A stretch of 24,199 bases of DNA from a virus (IMGVR_UViG_3300044676_004015:1-24199); one strand, 5' to 3'. Counted from the stretch's first letter, positions 1-9,174 are shown. Notes: generated from the letters alone by a model not told the origin. A program made the numbers and translations.

Positions 1-159
1 TCCACACTTTCTTAAGACATCAAGATCGGAATTAATTTTTTTTTCTTGTTCCAATTGTTCTTCTTTTTTTTTCTTATCGTTTAAGTCCCATTCGGCTTTT
101 ATCGATAACTCTTCTTCTTGCGTCAACTCGACACGCAAGCCGTCTACCATCTTATGCAT
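1..159 (-). CDS. Small protein downstream of the tail fibre, possibly a fibre assembly chaperone; 3'-truncated by the window edge
   Basis: Not in the ORF track. ATG at 159 preceded by GGAG; reads MHKMVDGLRVELTQEEELSIKAEWDLNDKKKKEEQ... open to the window edge. Function is inferred from position only. Confidence 0.6.
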   Translation of the reverse strand, partial: MHKMVDGLRVELTQEEELSIKAEWDLNDKKKKEEQLEQEKKINSDLDVLRKCG

Positions 160-169
160 AAAATCTCCA

Positions 170-3151
170 TTACGATGTTTTCAGTCCATATAAAATAAAG
201 TCACCGGATGCAATGTTACCAGAAGAAAATAAAAATCTTATTGCATCATAATCACCCGTATTTAGTCGAATGTTGCTAGTTTGGGTTTCTGTAAAAGCTC
301 CATCGGTTGCTCCACCTATAAGAGAACCTCTTATAGTTGCATAACCTGTTCCCGAGTTATTAAAGTTAAATAAATAAAAACCACCAGTATTCGCTTCAAG
401 GGCTTGATTTCCCCCTCCATTAACTACTCGCATCTCTGTAGTACTAGCATTATAAAAAACACTAATAGATGAAGCATTAGAATAGAATCCAGTTCTAGCG
501 TAGTCTCCAGCACTTGTGTCATAAGTAGATCCACCGTCTGTAGATACTATAAATCTTCCATCTACACCATCGGAAGCGGGTACTACATTTCGCATAACTA
601 AGTATAGGATATCGTAGGTACTTGAAATTGATAAATCTATAGTTGCGGATGAAGAGGCTGTTGTGGTTGATATATATTCCCATGCTCCACCAGCCGCCGC
701 TTGAAAAGTAGGTGCGGCACCTGCTCCATTTGATGTTAAAACATGCGTTGCGGTGCCAGCTGAGACGGTTGCTGGTGCCCCCGCTGCATCCCATGTGATT
801 AGTTCACCATCAGTTCCGTTAGCTAAATCCGCTACATCCACGTTAGATAAACTGTTACCCGTTCCATTAGCATCAAACGTTTTATTCGTTAAGGTATCAG
901 TAGTAGCTGCGCCTATACCGCCAAGATTTGATAAAGCAGTAGGCGCGTCGCTAGCTCCCGTTCCCCCGTCTGCTACCGCAAGGTCTGTAATACCATTAAT
1001 CGTTCCACTATCAATATTAACATTTGTAAGGGCTTGCGATCCCATATCCCAGGCACCGGCCAGCGCTCTAGTTCCATCAGCCAGTAAGTATTGTGTGTTT
1101 CCTGCTATGAATATGAATCCATTTCTACGGAGAACCAAAGTCTTGTTAGGTACAGATACACACCATACATTTCCAGAATAATCAACACGGCTTTTTGTTC
1201 CTTTACCAAAAAGGACCTTTTCTTTATTGGTTATGTTGATCGTCCAGCATCCATTTTTAAAACCGCCTTCTCGATAGTAATCGTATGACTTTAATCCGTT
1301 AAAAGTACAAAGCTGGCATAACTGATCTTTAAGAACAATATCTCCCGTGTGATATGAATATCTTACTTGTCCATCAAAGTTATCTATAAGCCTTCTACAA
1401 GCATCTTCTTTTGTTATTTCAATAGTTGATCTTTTGCTTCCATCTCCATAAATAAGACCTGATAAGAAAGCTCTAAATTGCTTTCCTCTAAGCTGCATTA
1501 ACTTATTAGAAATTCTTTTTTCTGTTATCCATGTTCTGAGATTTTCTCTAGCCCATGCACTTCTTATATAAAAAACCTCTGTTTGACCTGTCCTTCTTGT
1601 ATATGGGACATCAAGCTTCTTAAGAAGATCTTCAATATAATCGGCTTGATTGTCTTTTTGATAAATTCGTATTCCATAGCCCTGTCTTTTTGGATCACAA
1701 AAATTTCCCTCAGAAATTATCAACCCAAGAAGCTCGAAGAACTCATTAGGTTTTTCAAATGTTTCTCCTTCTAGGAATCCACTAACAGGAACTTCGAATA
1801 CAGACTTATCTATAGCTTCTTCTGCTGTGCATGTAAGCCATTTCGATTTAGGGTTCTTTTCTTCTTTGCATGTATTACGATATATCATCGTATGTTGTGG
1901 AGTAACTAGAATCTCTCCATAGCGATTCTTAAAGCTTATAAGTTCATCAAATGAATCATAGACATACTTTTCTTGAATTTCATTATATTCAAGATCGTTT
2001 GTTTCAAGATTAAGAGTAAGAGCTTTTTGTCCTTTTTCTATTTCTTCATACGGGATAAATCCATTCTCTGTTAACAGCTCCGTATCTTCAGAAAAACAAT
2101 GATCGTCATCACCTAAGCCAGCTAATTCACCATGATCTGTTACGCCAGTAGTCGTTAATACGGTATCGAACGGTGTTGAAAGATCGTGAAACGTTGAGGC
2201 ACTATTTTGAATGATTATCTTCGCTATAAGCAAAGCGTGGCCTTCAAAATGCGGTGGTGTTGAACTAGGTGATCCTGCATCTACAGCTTGAGATAAAGTA
2301 TAATTTCCTTGCCCATATAATATGTAAGTATCCCCATCAACCCCTCTATAAACCCAGTGAACCCCGTAGCGACTTCCAGTTAATGTTGCAAGAGTACCAG
2401 AATTATCATCGTATTGCGTATTATCTACTTGAGTCTGAGCCGTTACCTCAGTCCAACCGCCTACACCATCACGATAAAAATATGAAAAGGTTCCTGCTGC
2501 TGAAGAATCAAAACTAGCTATAGTAAATCTAGTTAATCCTTCCCAAAAAATCCCCGTTGTTATTGCTATATTGCGCGTGCCTGTTTCGGAAGTAATTTCT
2601 CCTGAGACTCTTGCAAATGTATTGGTTTCTTGCATACGCCTGACCATAAGACTTGCATGATCACCAATTAAAATGCCTGCTTGGTTAGTGATATGGAGAG
2701 TTGTGCTATCTCTGTATACAGTTCCTACCAATACATTAGTGTTATAATCTGTTCTTTCGGTAACTGTGATTGCATATTGTGGAGTGCCAGAATTGTATTC
2801 TATGTAAATATAATTGAGATCATTGTTTGTAAGAGCAACGCCAGTAGAAGCGGCTACTGTGGCAAATGACAAAGTATCAGTTGCGTCATCAGTAGGTCTT
2901 ATGGCTACGTGTATTTCTGTTAAATCAACTGTACCAGATCCACCATCAGAAATAACATTTCCTGCAACAAGCATTCCTGCACTATGGAATAAATCATTCA
3001 TTTCCTGAAGTGTGCTGTAGGTAGAGCCAGCGATAAAGTCCATGGCACCATTTCCTACACCCTGGAAAGTTGGGGCCGTCGCACCCCCGTTACTCATAAG
3101 TACCTGTGTTCCAGTTCCACCGTCTTGACCTAAAGCGTTATTTATTGCCAT
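170..3151 (-). CDS. Tail fibre-like protein precursor containing an intein (993 aa; about 659 aa after splicing)
   Basis: G/T/A/S-rich fibre motifs (VADGGTGAS, VLTSNGAGAAPTFQ, HGELAGLGDDDH/TQYL), a C-terminal beta-rich domain ending SGNIASGDFILYG, and AAGGA RBS. Residues 352-685 are an intein. Confidence 0.8.
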   Translation of the reverse strand: MAINNALGQDGGTGTQVLMSNGGATAPTFQGVGNGAMDFIAGSTYSTLQEMNDLFHSAGMLVAGNVISDGGSGTVDLTEIHVAIRPTDDATDTLSFATVAASTGVALTNNDLNYIYIEYNSGTPQYAITVTERTDYNTNVLVGTVYRDSTTLHITNQAGILIGDHASLMVRRMQETNTFARVSGEITSETGTRNIAITTGIFWEGLTRFTIASFDSSAAGTFSYFYRDGVGGWTEVTAQTQVDNTQYDDNSGTLATLTGSRYGVHWVYRGVDGDTYILYGQGNYTLSQAVDAGSPSSTPPHFEGHALLIAKIIIQNSASTFHDLSTPFDTVLTTTGVTDHGELAGLGDDDHCFSEDTELLTENGFIPYEEIEKGQKALTLNLETNDLEYNEIQEKYVYDSFDELISFKNRYGEILVTPQHTMIYRNTCKEEKNPKSKWLTCTAEEAIDKSVFEVPVSGFLEGETFEKPNEFFELLGLIISEGNFCDPKRQGYGIRIYQKDNQADYIEDLLKKLDVPYTRRTGQTEVFYIRSAWARENLRTWITEKRISNKLMQLRGKQFRAFLSGLIYGDGSKRSTIEITKEDACRRLIDNFDGQVRYSYHTGDIVLKDQLCQLCTFNGLKSYDYYREGGFKNGCWTINITNKEKVLFGKGTKSRVDYSGNVWCVSVPNKTLVLRRNGFIFIAGNTQYLLADGTRALAGAWDMGSQALTNVNIDSGTINGITDLAVADGGTGASDAPTALSNLGGIGAATTDTLTNKTFDANGTGNSLSNVDVADLANGTDGELITWDAAGAPATVSAGTATHVLTSNGAGAAPTFQAAAGGAWEYISTTTASSSATIDLSISSTYDILYLVMRNVVPASDGVDGRFIVSTDGGSTYDTSAGDYARTGFYSNASSISVFYNASTTEMRVVNGGGNQALEANTGGFYLFNFNNSGTGYATIRGSLIGGATDGAFTETQTSNIRLNTGDYDAIRFLFSSGNIASGDFILYGLKTS
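1097..2098 (-). mobile_element. Intein with LAGLIDADG homing endonuclease (334 aa), inserted at DDDH|TQY
   Basis: Block A CFSEDTELLTENGF; block B VTPQH (TxxH); LAGLIDADG motifs ELLGLIISEG and FLSGLIYGDG; blocks F/G VWCVSVPNKTLVLRRNGFIFIAGN followed by +1 Thr. Removal restores LGDDDHTQYLLADG. Confidence 0.93.
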
Positions 3152-3162
3152 TTTATCCTTCC

Positions 3163-3915
3163 TTAAACAATGGTGAAGTTACCGACCGAATCAATGACGG
3201 CCCAATCTGAATTTTCTGTGATACACAATAATTCTATAGAGGCATATTGCTCTATTGCGGTAAGGCTTCCACCAGTTCCCGTTGTCGTATCTGTTGCTGC
3301 ATAATGAATTGTCTGAGATGCGTTTTGAGCAACCTTAAAAAGACCAGCTCCTTTGCCAACGATTTGGATTTCCTGTCCAACTGTTGCTGTTGTTGGAAGT
3401 GTTAAAGTTACCAAGCTAGCATTATTGGCAATATAACCGTTTTCAACAACCATCGTAGCTGAAGTTCCAGTTTCCTCATTCCAAGTAAATCCACCACCTG
3501 TTGCACTAATAGTAATGGAACCTGCAGCGTTGACAATTGATACTCCGCTTCCAGCTGTTAAAGTGGAGGCAACTGGTGAGACTCCTGCGGTATCCCCTAT
3601 AAGAAGCTGCCCATCGGTTAGCGGTCCAACTAATTCAACTGCATTAGTTCCATCGCCAACCATAACAGCGCCATCGGTTAAGCTAGCTAAACCAGTGCCT
3701 CCGTTATCTACAGTAACAGGTGAATCTAAGTCTACGGTTACGGTACTTGTTGCTGCTGAGGTAGTTATTCCGGTTCCACCGGCAACTGTAAGGACACCAG
3801 AACCATCCGGTGTGGCCGAACCACTATCTCCATCAACCTGAATAGTGGCTGTTCCCCCACCAGGCGACATTATTAAATCTAATTCACCCGTCACAGGGTT
3901 AAGTTTTAAAGCCAT
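3163..3915 (-). CDS. Putative minor tail/fibre protein (250 aa)
   Basis: G/T-rich beta-repeat character (VDNGGTG, LTAGSGVSI, LTLPTTATVG); lies next to the fibre gene; AAGGA RBS. Confidence 0.6.
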   Translation of the reverse strand: MALKLNPVTGELDLIMSPGGGTATIQVDGDSGSATPDGSGVLTVAGGTGITTSAATSTVTVDLDSPVTVDNGGTGLASLTDGAVMVGDGTNAVELVGPLTDGQLLIGDTAGVSPVASTLTAGSGVSIVNAAGSITISATGGGFTWNEETGTSATMVVENGYIANNASLVTLTLPTTATVGQEIQIVGKGAGLFKVAQNASQTIHYAATDTTTGTGGSLTAIEQYASIELLCITENSDWAVIDSVGNFTIV

Positions 3916-3927
3916 ATTAAATCCTTT

Positions 3928-4230
3928 TTAAGCGTAGGAATACCCAGCCCTATCATCCCAAGTAAATTCATATTCTGTTGAAGGGATACCTTCACTGTTT
4001 TGTGGCCATGTTCTTGAAGTAAGTGAGTTGTTGGCATCCCAGGCGTGAAAAGATATTTGCCAACCTGTTTCATCATCGGCTGTTCCAGCTTTAGCTCTTC
4101 CTATATAAAGAGGATTTCCACTAGCATCATTCTGAGCGCGAATTTCCACTTCAGAATCCATAACTATAAATTCTCTTCTATCTTTTTGACCGAATTTAAA
4201 AGGGCGGTTTTGCCCTGAACGATTTGCCAT
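3928..4230 (-). CDS. Hypothetical phage virion-associated protein (100 aa)
   Basis: Clean ORF with AGGA RBS; YIGRAKAG...WQI...WDDR pattern; located in the tail module. Confidence 0.6.
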   Translation of the reverse strand: MANRSGQNRPFKFGQKDRREFIVMDSEVEIRAQNDASGNPLYIGRAKAGTADDETGWQISFHAWDANNSLTSRTWPQNSEGIPSTEYEFTWDDRAGYSYA

Positions 4231-4285
4231 TGTGGTGGTTCCTATGTGTTTTGCAAGTATTCTGTGGTGTATGCTTTTTCTTATA

Positions 4286-4316
4286 ATTTATAGGGGATAA
4301 AAAATCCCCTATAAAT
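4286..4316. terminator. 13-bp perfect inverted repeat; possible terminator or processing hairpin
   Basis: ATTTATAGGGGAT-AAAAA-ATCCCCTATAAAT just downstream of the 322-aa gene stop; no strong U-tract on the minus strand. Confidence 0.45.
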
Positions 4317-4328
4317 ATGTAATTTTAT

Positions 4329-5297
4329 TTAAGCTTGTAGGCCAATCTTCAAAGATTGAAGGCCAACTTCGCCAGCTACATCAGAGCCATTTAAGAAGTG
4401 GATGAATGGCATAACAACGTCTCCATCATCAAAAGTAAACGCTGCTGTGACTGTAGGCGCTGAACCTGCAATTTCATAAGTTACTACACCGGCTGCGCTA
4501 ACTAATACTTTAAGAGTTTGAGCTGCTGCGTCACCGCCCCAAGCATCAGTTGTATCGGTATCTGTAGTTCCACCAGCGTTAAGCTCTGTAAGCAATGCTA
4601 CATTTGTTGCTGAGGTTGCTTGATTCAATCCAATACAAGCGTAATCTGTGTAAGTTGCAAGTGTCGCATTGTTAGCTTCCACTTTTCTAAAACCCATAAC
4701 TAAAGGATCGCATCCGCTGATATCCTCTACATAAATTTTAGCTTCCATTTCAAAAGCTGCAGTAGTTCCGATTGTATAAGCATGTTTAGCATTTGCTCTT
4801 GCACCGAAGTTGTACTCTGCACCTTCATTATCAGTTTCATCTAAAGCAATATTCAATCCATTTGCAGTCATGCGTGGAGCAATGATTGTTTGACCGGCCC
4901 CTAGAATAAATTGCTCCATCAAACAGCCATCTTGCAAATACATTAGGTTTACATCCCCTGTTGCCCCTGTTGGCGCTGCACCTGTCGTTAAATTAGATTG
5001 TAGAATTGGCGATTGTGAAACTGTTAGATCTGTTCCAGCGGCATAAAGATATTCAGCATCAATTTCCAATACATCACCAGGCATAGAAAAAGCACTCGAT
5101 GCTGTGATATACCAACTTGCCGAACCACTTGCCGAAGCTGCCAGCATATAAATGTTGTTGCTAGAGGTATCCACCCATACTTGCCCAATATCATAATTTT
5201 TATCAGTTGCTAGTGGTGCTCTTGCTGATAATACCGGTACTGGGAATACATCTTCAAAAGGTTTTCCAATTCCATAAACTCTTGATCTTTTAGCCAT
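4329..5297 (-). CDS. Putative virion/tail appendage protein with beta-sandwich C-terminal region (322 aa)
   Basis: N-terminal RAPLATDKNYDIGQVWVDT resembles a fibre/spike head-binding motif; acidic and beta-rich; AGGAG RBS. Confidence 0.6.
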   Translation of the reverse strand: MAKRSRVYGIGKPFEDVFPVPVLSARAPLATDKNYDIGQVWVDTSSNNIYMLAASASGSASWYITASSAFSMPGDVLEIDAEYLYAAGTDLTVSQSPILQSNLTTGAAPTGATGDVNLMYLQDGCLMEQFILGAGQTIIAPRMTANGLNIALDETDNEGAEYNFGARANAKHAYTIGTTAAFEMEAKIYVEDISGCDPLVMGFRKVEANNATLATYTDYACIGLNQATSATNVALLTELNAGGTTDTDTTDAWGGDAAAQTLKVLVSAAGVVTYEIAGSAPTVTAAFTFDDGDVVMPFIHFLNGSDVAGEVGLQSLKIGLQA

Positions 5298-5359
5298 TGC
5301 CTTAATCTCCTAAATGTGGTGTTAGCTATATAAGAATCTTTAATTGAAAAAGATTTAAG

Positions 5360-5396
5360 TTGCAATATAAATTACACTTGTATATAATTATATACA
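5360..5396 (+). promoter_or_regulatory. Sigma70-type promoter overlapped by a perfect 18-bp palindrome (putative operator); leaderless start
   Basis: TTGCAA (5360-5365), 17-nt spacer, TATAAT (5383-5388), 7 nt, then ATG (5396). Palindrome TGTATATAATTATATACA spans 5379-5396. Confidence 0.75.
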
Positions 5397-5548
5397 TGGA
5401 AACGTACAACAAACATAAGACTCTTGTAGTAAGACTTACTAAAGAAGAGCATCAACAAATCAAATTAGAGGCTTTAAAGCGGAATATTTCTATTTCAAAG
5501 CTCGTAAAACGGGCCTTGATTCAATATGTTGCTAAAGAAGGAGAATGA
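5396..5548 (+). CDS. Ribbon-helix-helix (Arc/CopG-like) DNA-binding protein (50 aa)
   Basis: KTLVVRLTKEEHQQIKLEALKRNISISKLVKRALIQY fits the RHH pattern. True start is probably ATG 5396, since the track's TTG at 5360 is the -35 box. Confidence 0.8.
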   Translation: METYNKHKTLVVRLTKEEHQQIKLEALKRNISISKLVKRALIQYVAKEGE

Positions 5549-5549
5549 T

Positions 5550-5606
5550 ATGATTGGTATATTCTACATCACAGTATTTTTTATTTTACTGGGCCTCAAT
5601 AGCTGA
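5550..5606 (+). CDS. Putative 18-aa hydrophobic membrane peptide MIGIFYITVFFILLGLNS
   Basis: ATG 1 nt after the RHH stop; AAGGAG ends 6 nt upstream; almost wholly hydrophobic; overlaps the 3' end of the convergent 497-aa gene. Confidence 0.5.
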   Translation: MIGIFYITVFFILLGLNS

Positions 5607-7079
5607 TTTAATATTTAACTCTTGTAGCGCTTTTGCTACCGCCGGATCTACTTCCTTCACTTCGTCAATCATTTGTCTTTTAAGGTGCTCTGCCACTTGA
5701 AATTTGTTCTGATTTAAAGCGCTTATCATTTTTGTGGAAAGATTTTGTAATCGTGGATTTGTTAGCATATGTTCAGCTAATTTTCTAGAACCCTCATAAG
5801 CCGCTAATCCTTTTATCATGCCGAAGTTGCCAGTAAGAAGTCCTGTAAGAGCTATTCCACCTTTACCTGCTGCATAAAGCTTATCGTGCTCACTTGTTTT
5901 GAGGCGTTTAGCTATTTCAGCGTACTTTCCATACAGTTTATTCGTCATATCAAATGAACGTCCCAGTTCTCCATCAACCTCCATCAAGGCTTTTTTTATA
6001 GGATCTTTGAGAGTAGATAGCTGTTTAGTTTTTGAACCGAGTTCATGATTTATATCCCTGAAAAACTTAATGACCTTTTCACCCGTCATTTCACCCTTTA
6101 ACAGTTGTTGAAAGTCCTCTTGAACTACATTTCTCACTGAAGAAGGCATTTGCTCAAATTTATCTTGTAGCGATTTGACAAGTTTTGAAGATTGTTTCTC
6201 CGTGAAGACTTTTTGTGCTGCTGGGGATTCTTTTATGGAATTGAAAACATTTCCTATGCTTTCTTGACTAGCTTTAAGCTTGGCTTGAGTGGATTCTCCT
6301 TTCGACGCTAACTTTGTTAGCCACTTTTGCTTCATTTCCCCCTGAAGAAGTGGAGTAATTTCAGATTCTTTCATGCCTGCCTGTCTTGCAAAATCTAAAA
6401 GCTCTTTCTTTGTAGCGTTTTTGGTCATCATGTCCTTTACTCGATCTGCAATCTTTTGCGGTGCTTTATCTGCAATAATTTTAGCTAAAACTCCCTCTGA
6501 GGCTCCAGCCTTATTTGCCGCGCTTAATGATGGGGCAAGTAAAGGAACCGTTTCGGAAATCGTTTGCACCCACTCAGGCATTCCAGCTTGCTTAGCACCT
6601 TCTCCGGCTGCCGAAGCCGCTCCGATACGCGTTGCAGTTCCTAAGCCTCCACCAGCTAAAAGACCACCTGGTGATCCAAGTATGGTAGGGGCCATTCCCA
6701 AACCTCTTTCAATTGCACCTGGTACGAAATCTTCGGTAGTAGGAAACCATTCATCAAGTTGCGCTGCAATTTTTTCAGGCTCGTATTTTTGTTCATCTAT
6801 AACATTTCCCTGACTGTCCACAGTTTCTTGAGTGTCCGGAAGTGGCCCCATCATTCTTCCAAATTGAATAAGACCTTTAACCGCTCCTTTAGGAATGGAA
6901 TTTAAAACTGACTTCCAATAACCTAATTCTTCCGGTTGCTCTTCCTGCTGCGATGCCATGCTGAAAAAGTCAAGTTTACCACGATCTTCACCTTCAGCTA
7001 CGGGCTTTTTAACCTCTTTTACTTCTTCCTTTTGAACCGTATCAGGATCACTAAGAATATCAAAAAGCGTTTGAGTCAT
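5586..7079 (-). CDS. Putative internal virion/DNA ejection protein (497 aa)
   Basis: Helical, A/K/Q-rich, with Gly-rich hydrophobic stretches; third of three TAATG-coupled genes at the position of P22 gp7/gp20/gp16. Confidence 0.6.
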   Translation of the reverse strand: MTQTLFDILSDPDTVQKEEVKEVKKPVAEGEDRGKLDFFSMASQQEEQPEELGYWKSVLNSIPKGAVKGLIQFGRMMGPLPDTQETVDSQGNVIDEQKYEPEKIAAQLDEWFPTTEDFVPGAIERGLGMAPTILGSPGGLLAGGGLGTATRIGAASAAGEGAKQAGMPEWVQTISETVPLLAPSLSAANKAGASEGVLAKIIADKAPQKIADRVKDMMTKNATKKELLDFARQAGMKESEITPLLQGEMKQKWLTKLASKGESTQAKLKASQESIGNVFNSIKESPAAQKVFTEKQSSKLVKSLQDKFEQMPSSVRNVVQEDFQQLLKGEMTGEKVIKFFRDINHELGSKTKQLSTLKDPIKKALMEVDGELGRSFDMTNKLYGKYAEIAKRLKTSEHDKLYAAGKGGIALTGLLTGNFGMIKGLAAYEGSRKLAEHMLTNPRLQNLSTKMISALNQNKFQVAEHLKRQMIDEVKEVDPAVAKALQELNIKSAIEAQ

Positions 7080-8410
7080 TACATTTTCCCCACTTTTTCA
7101 GCGAACTCTTCACTCGTCATCAAATAAAGCTGCAAATCTTCTCCATTAGGAACCTTATACCCAAGTTTTTTGGCCACATCTAAAGCAACTTTAGAATCTT
7201 TATACTTATCAAGAAACAAAGCTCCCATTGCCAAAGTCATTGGAGTTCCTTTAGGGACTTTTTTATTCATTGCCTTTTGCATTCCAGTCTTTCCCATCTC
7301 TTTTTCTTCAAGCTCACGCATACGATAAACCGATCTGTCAAATACTGCACTTTCTAGGTGCTCGACAGCTTGCCGTGCCCTGCGATCAACGTCTTTTTTA
7401 GAGTAACCATATAACTCTTCGTCTGCAGCAGCTAACTCATCAAATTTTTTAAGATAAGCTTCTTCAAGAACAAGCTCACCTTCAAGCATTTCTTGAGTCG
7501 CAAGATTTGCTTCCATCGATTGCCCTACTTTAGGAAACATCGAAGCTAAACGCTCTTCAAACCATTGGTTTTGTCCTTTAGCAGAAACACGAGCCATATT
7601 ACTAAGTAAATTTTCTTTACCTGCCGTGATTAGCTGTGTTCCCTTTGAGTTTCTTAAAGCGTCTCCAGCTGCACCACCTATTGAATCAGCAATTTGGTTA
7701 ATGCTAAAAGATCCCACTTGCCCTGACTCTACTGCCAATCTTGAATGACGTAAGGCGCTTCTCTTTTTAGGTACCGCATCCCTAAGACTAGCTATTTTTT
7801 CTTCTTGTTTTGCAGCAAATTGAGTGTGATATTTTCGGTCTTCAGCGCTTATTTTTTGATCTATTTTTCTTTTTTCTATTTCTGCTTTTGCTGTTTCGCT
7901 AATTATTCTGTTTGGGTTTGATGAAAGATTAACCAAATCCGCATTCGAAAACGACTCCATCCTATCTTTTTTAGGGGCTTCCATAGACAGGTTTTTATCC
8001 TGTGTTAATATTGGGGATTCGCCTATTGCCTGTGAAGATGCATCGCCTTGATTTAATGTATTTGCTGACCTTCCAAAAATTTGATTGGCACCATATTGAT
8101 CCCCTTGTTGAGATATAGATTTTTTCATTACATCTTGTAGCAAGGATTGATAAGCCGTAGGATCGATGTTAGATGCTGCTAGTGCCGATTGTAACGCGCC
8201 TACATTTTCCATAGGCGATTTACTTTGATCATAATTATTCGCCCAATCAGAAACTAATTCCATTCCAACTCTTTGATCTTCTCGTTTTCTAGCCTCTTTT
8301 TGTGAAGCTAAGCGATTTTCAGCTCTTTGTTGCAACGCTCCAGCTAAAGCACCACCTGCTGTTGAAATCCCCTGGGAAAGCCCTGATAGATCCGGTATTA
8401 CAATAGGCAT
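7079..8410 (-). CDS. Putative internal virion/DNA ejection protein (443 aa)
   Basis: Gly/Ala N-terminus (GLSQGISTAGGALAGALQQ) and coiled-coil character; TAATG overlaps on both sides. Confidence 0.6.
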   Translation of the reverse strand: MPIVIPDLSGLSQGISTAGGALAGALQQRAENRLASQKEARKREDQRVGMELVSDWANNYDQSKSPMENVGALQSALAASNIDPTAYQSLLQDVMKKSISQQGDQYGANQIFGRSANTLNQGDASSQAIGESPILTQDKNLSMEAPKKDRMESFSNADLVNLSSNPNRIISETAKAEIEKRKIDQKISAEDRKYHTQFAAKQEEKIASLRDAVPKKRSALRHSRLAVESGQVGSFSINQIADSIGGAAGDALRNSKGTQLITAGKENLLSNMARVSAKGQNQWFEERLASMFPKVGQSMEANLATQEMLEGELVLEEAYLKKFDELAAADEELYGYSKKDVDRRARQAVEHLESAVFDRSVYRMRELEEKEMGKTGMQKAMNKKVPKGTPMTLAMGALFLDKYKDSKVALDVAKKLGYKVPNGEDLQLYLMTSEEFAEKVGKM

Positions 8411-9174
8411 TATTTTGCCTCCAATAGCTCAACTTTTTTAGATAGTTCTTTAATAGCATTGATAGACAATGCAAGTAATCCGTAAACATCAACCCCAAGG
8501 ACTCCATCAACTTGACCTTGAATTGCTTCAGGCATATCTTCAGCGATGAAACCAATTTTGTTTTTGCTATCCTTTACGAAATCGTCTTTGTAATCGTACT
8601 GCTTAACATCCATATTTGTTATAACATCCAAACCCGAATCGAAGTCTCTAACATTTTCCTTCACATGCTTAGAAGAGGCCATAATTCCTGCAGCACCCAT
8701 TTGACCACCGGCACCTATCAATGGCCCTAAGATACCCTGTCTTTGTTGTATGATTGGATCGAACTGCCTTTGACCAATCATACCTGTAAGACCTTGTAAA
8801 GCCTGTAAACGGTTTTGTTGCTGCCCTTGATAGAATTGGCCCATTTGTGAACCTAACATTGTGCTTAAATCTGCAGCCGATTGACCTAAAGCTTGGTTTA
8901 AAGCCGAAGATGATCCGGCACCGGCATCTATAAACCTTTGCTGTATCATTGGCATAACTTGTTGTTCATATTGCTGCAAAGCAGGGTCTACAAACGCTTG
9001 CTGAAATAAGCCTTGAAACTGATTTTGGTCATAAGGCTGTATGAATTGAGAAAAAGCTTCATTTGCTTGGGGTCCAAGCCCCTGTAAAGCTTGAGCTAAA
9101 TAACTAGATTGTTCACCTGTCATTAAAGGCGCGCTTCCTGATTGCTTAGCACTTCCCATTAGAGTAGAACCCAT
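8410..9174 (-). CDS. Putative DNA-transfer/ejection protein with C-terminal peptidase S74 intramolecular chaperone domain (254 aa)
   Basis: Q/G-rich helical N-terminal 166 aa, then SSKHVKENV...YDYK...IGFIAEDMPEAI...VDVYGLLALSINAIKELSKKVELLE, the S74 pattern ending in a coiled coil. Confidence 0.75.
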   Translation of the reverse strand: MGSTLMGSAKQSGSAPLMTGEQSSYLAQALQGLGPQANEAFSQFIQPYDQNQFQGLFQQAFVDPALQQYEQQVMPMIQQRFIDAGAGSSSALNQALGQSAADLSTMLGSQMGQFYQGQQQNRLQALQGLTGMIGQRQFDPIIQQRQGILGPLIGAGGQMGAAGIMASSKHVKENVRDFDSGLDVITNMDVKQYDYKDDFVKDSKNKIGFIAEDMPEAIQGQVDGVLGVDVYGLLALSINAIKELSKKVELLEAK

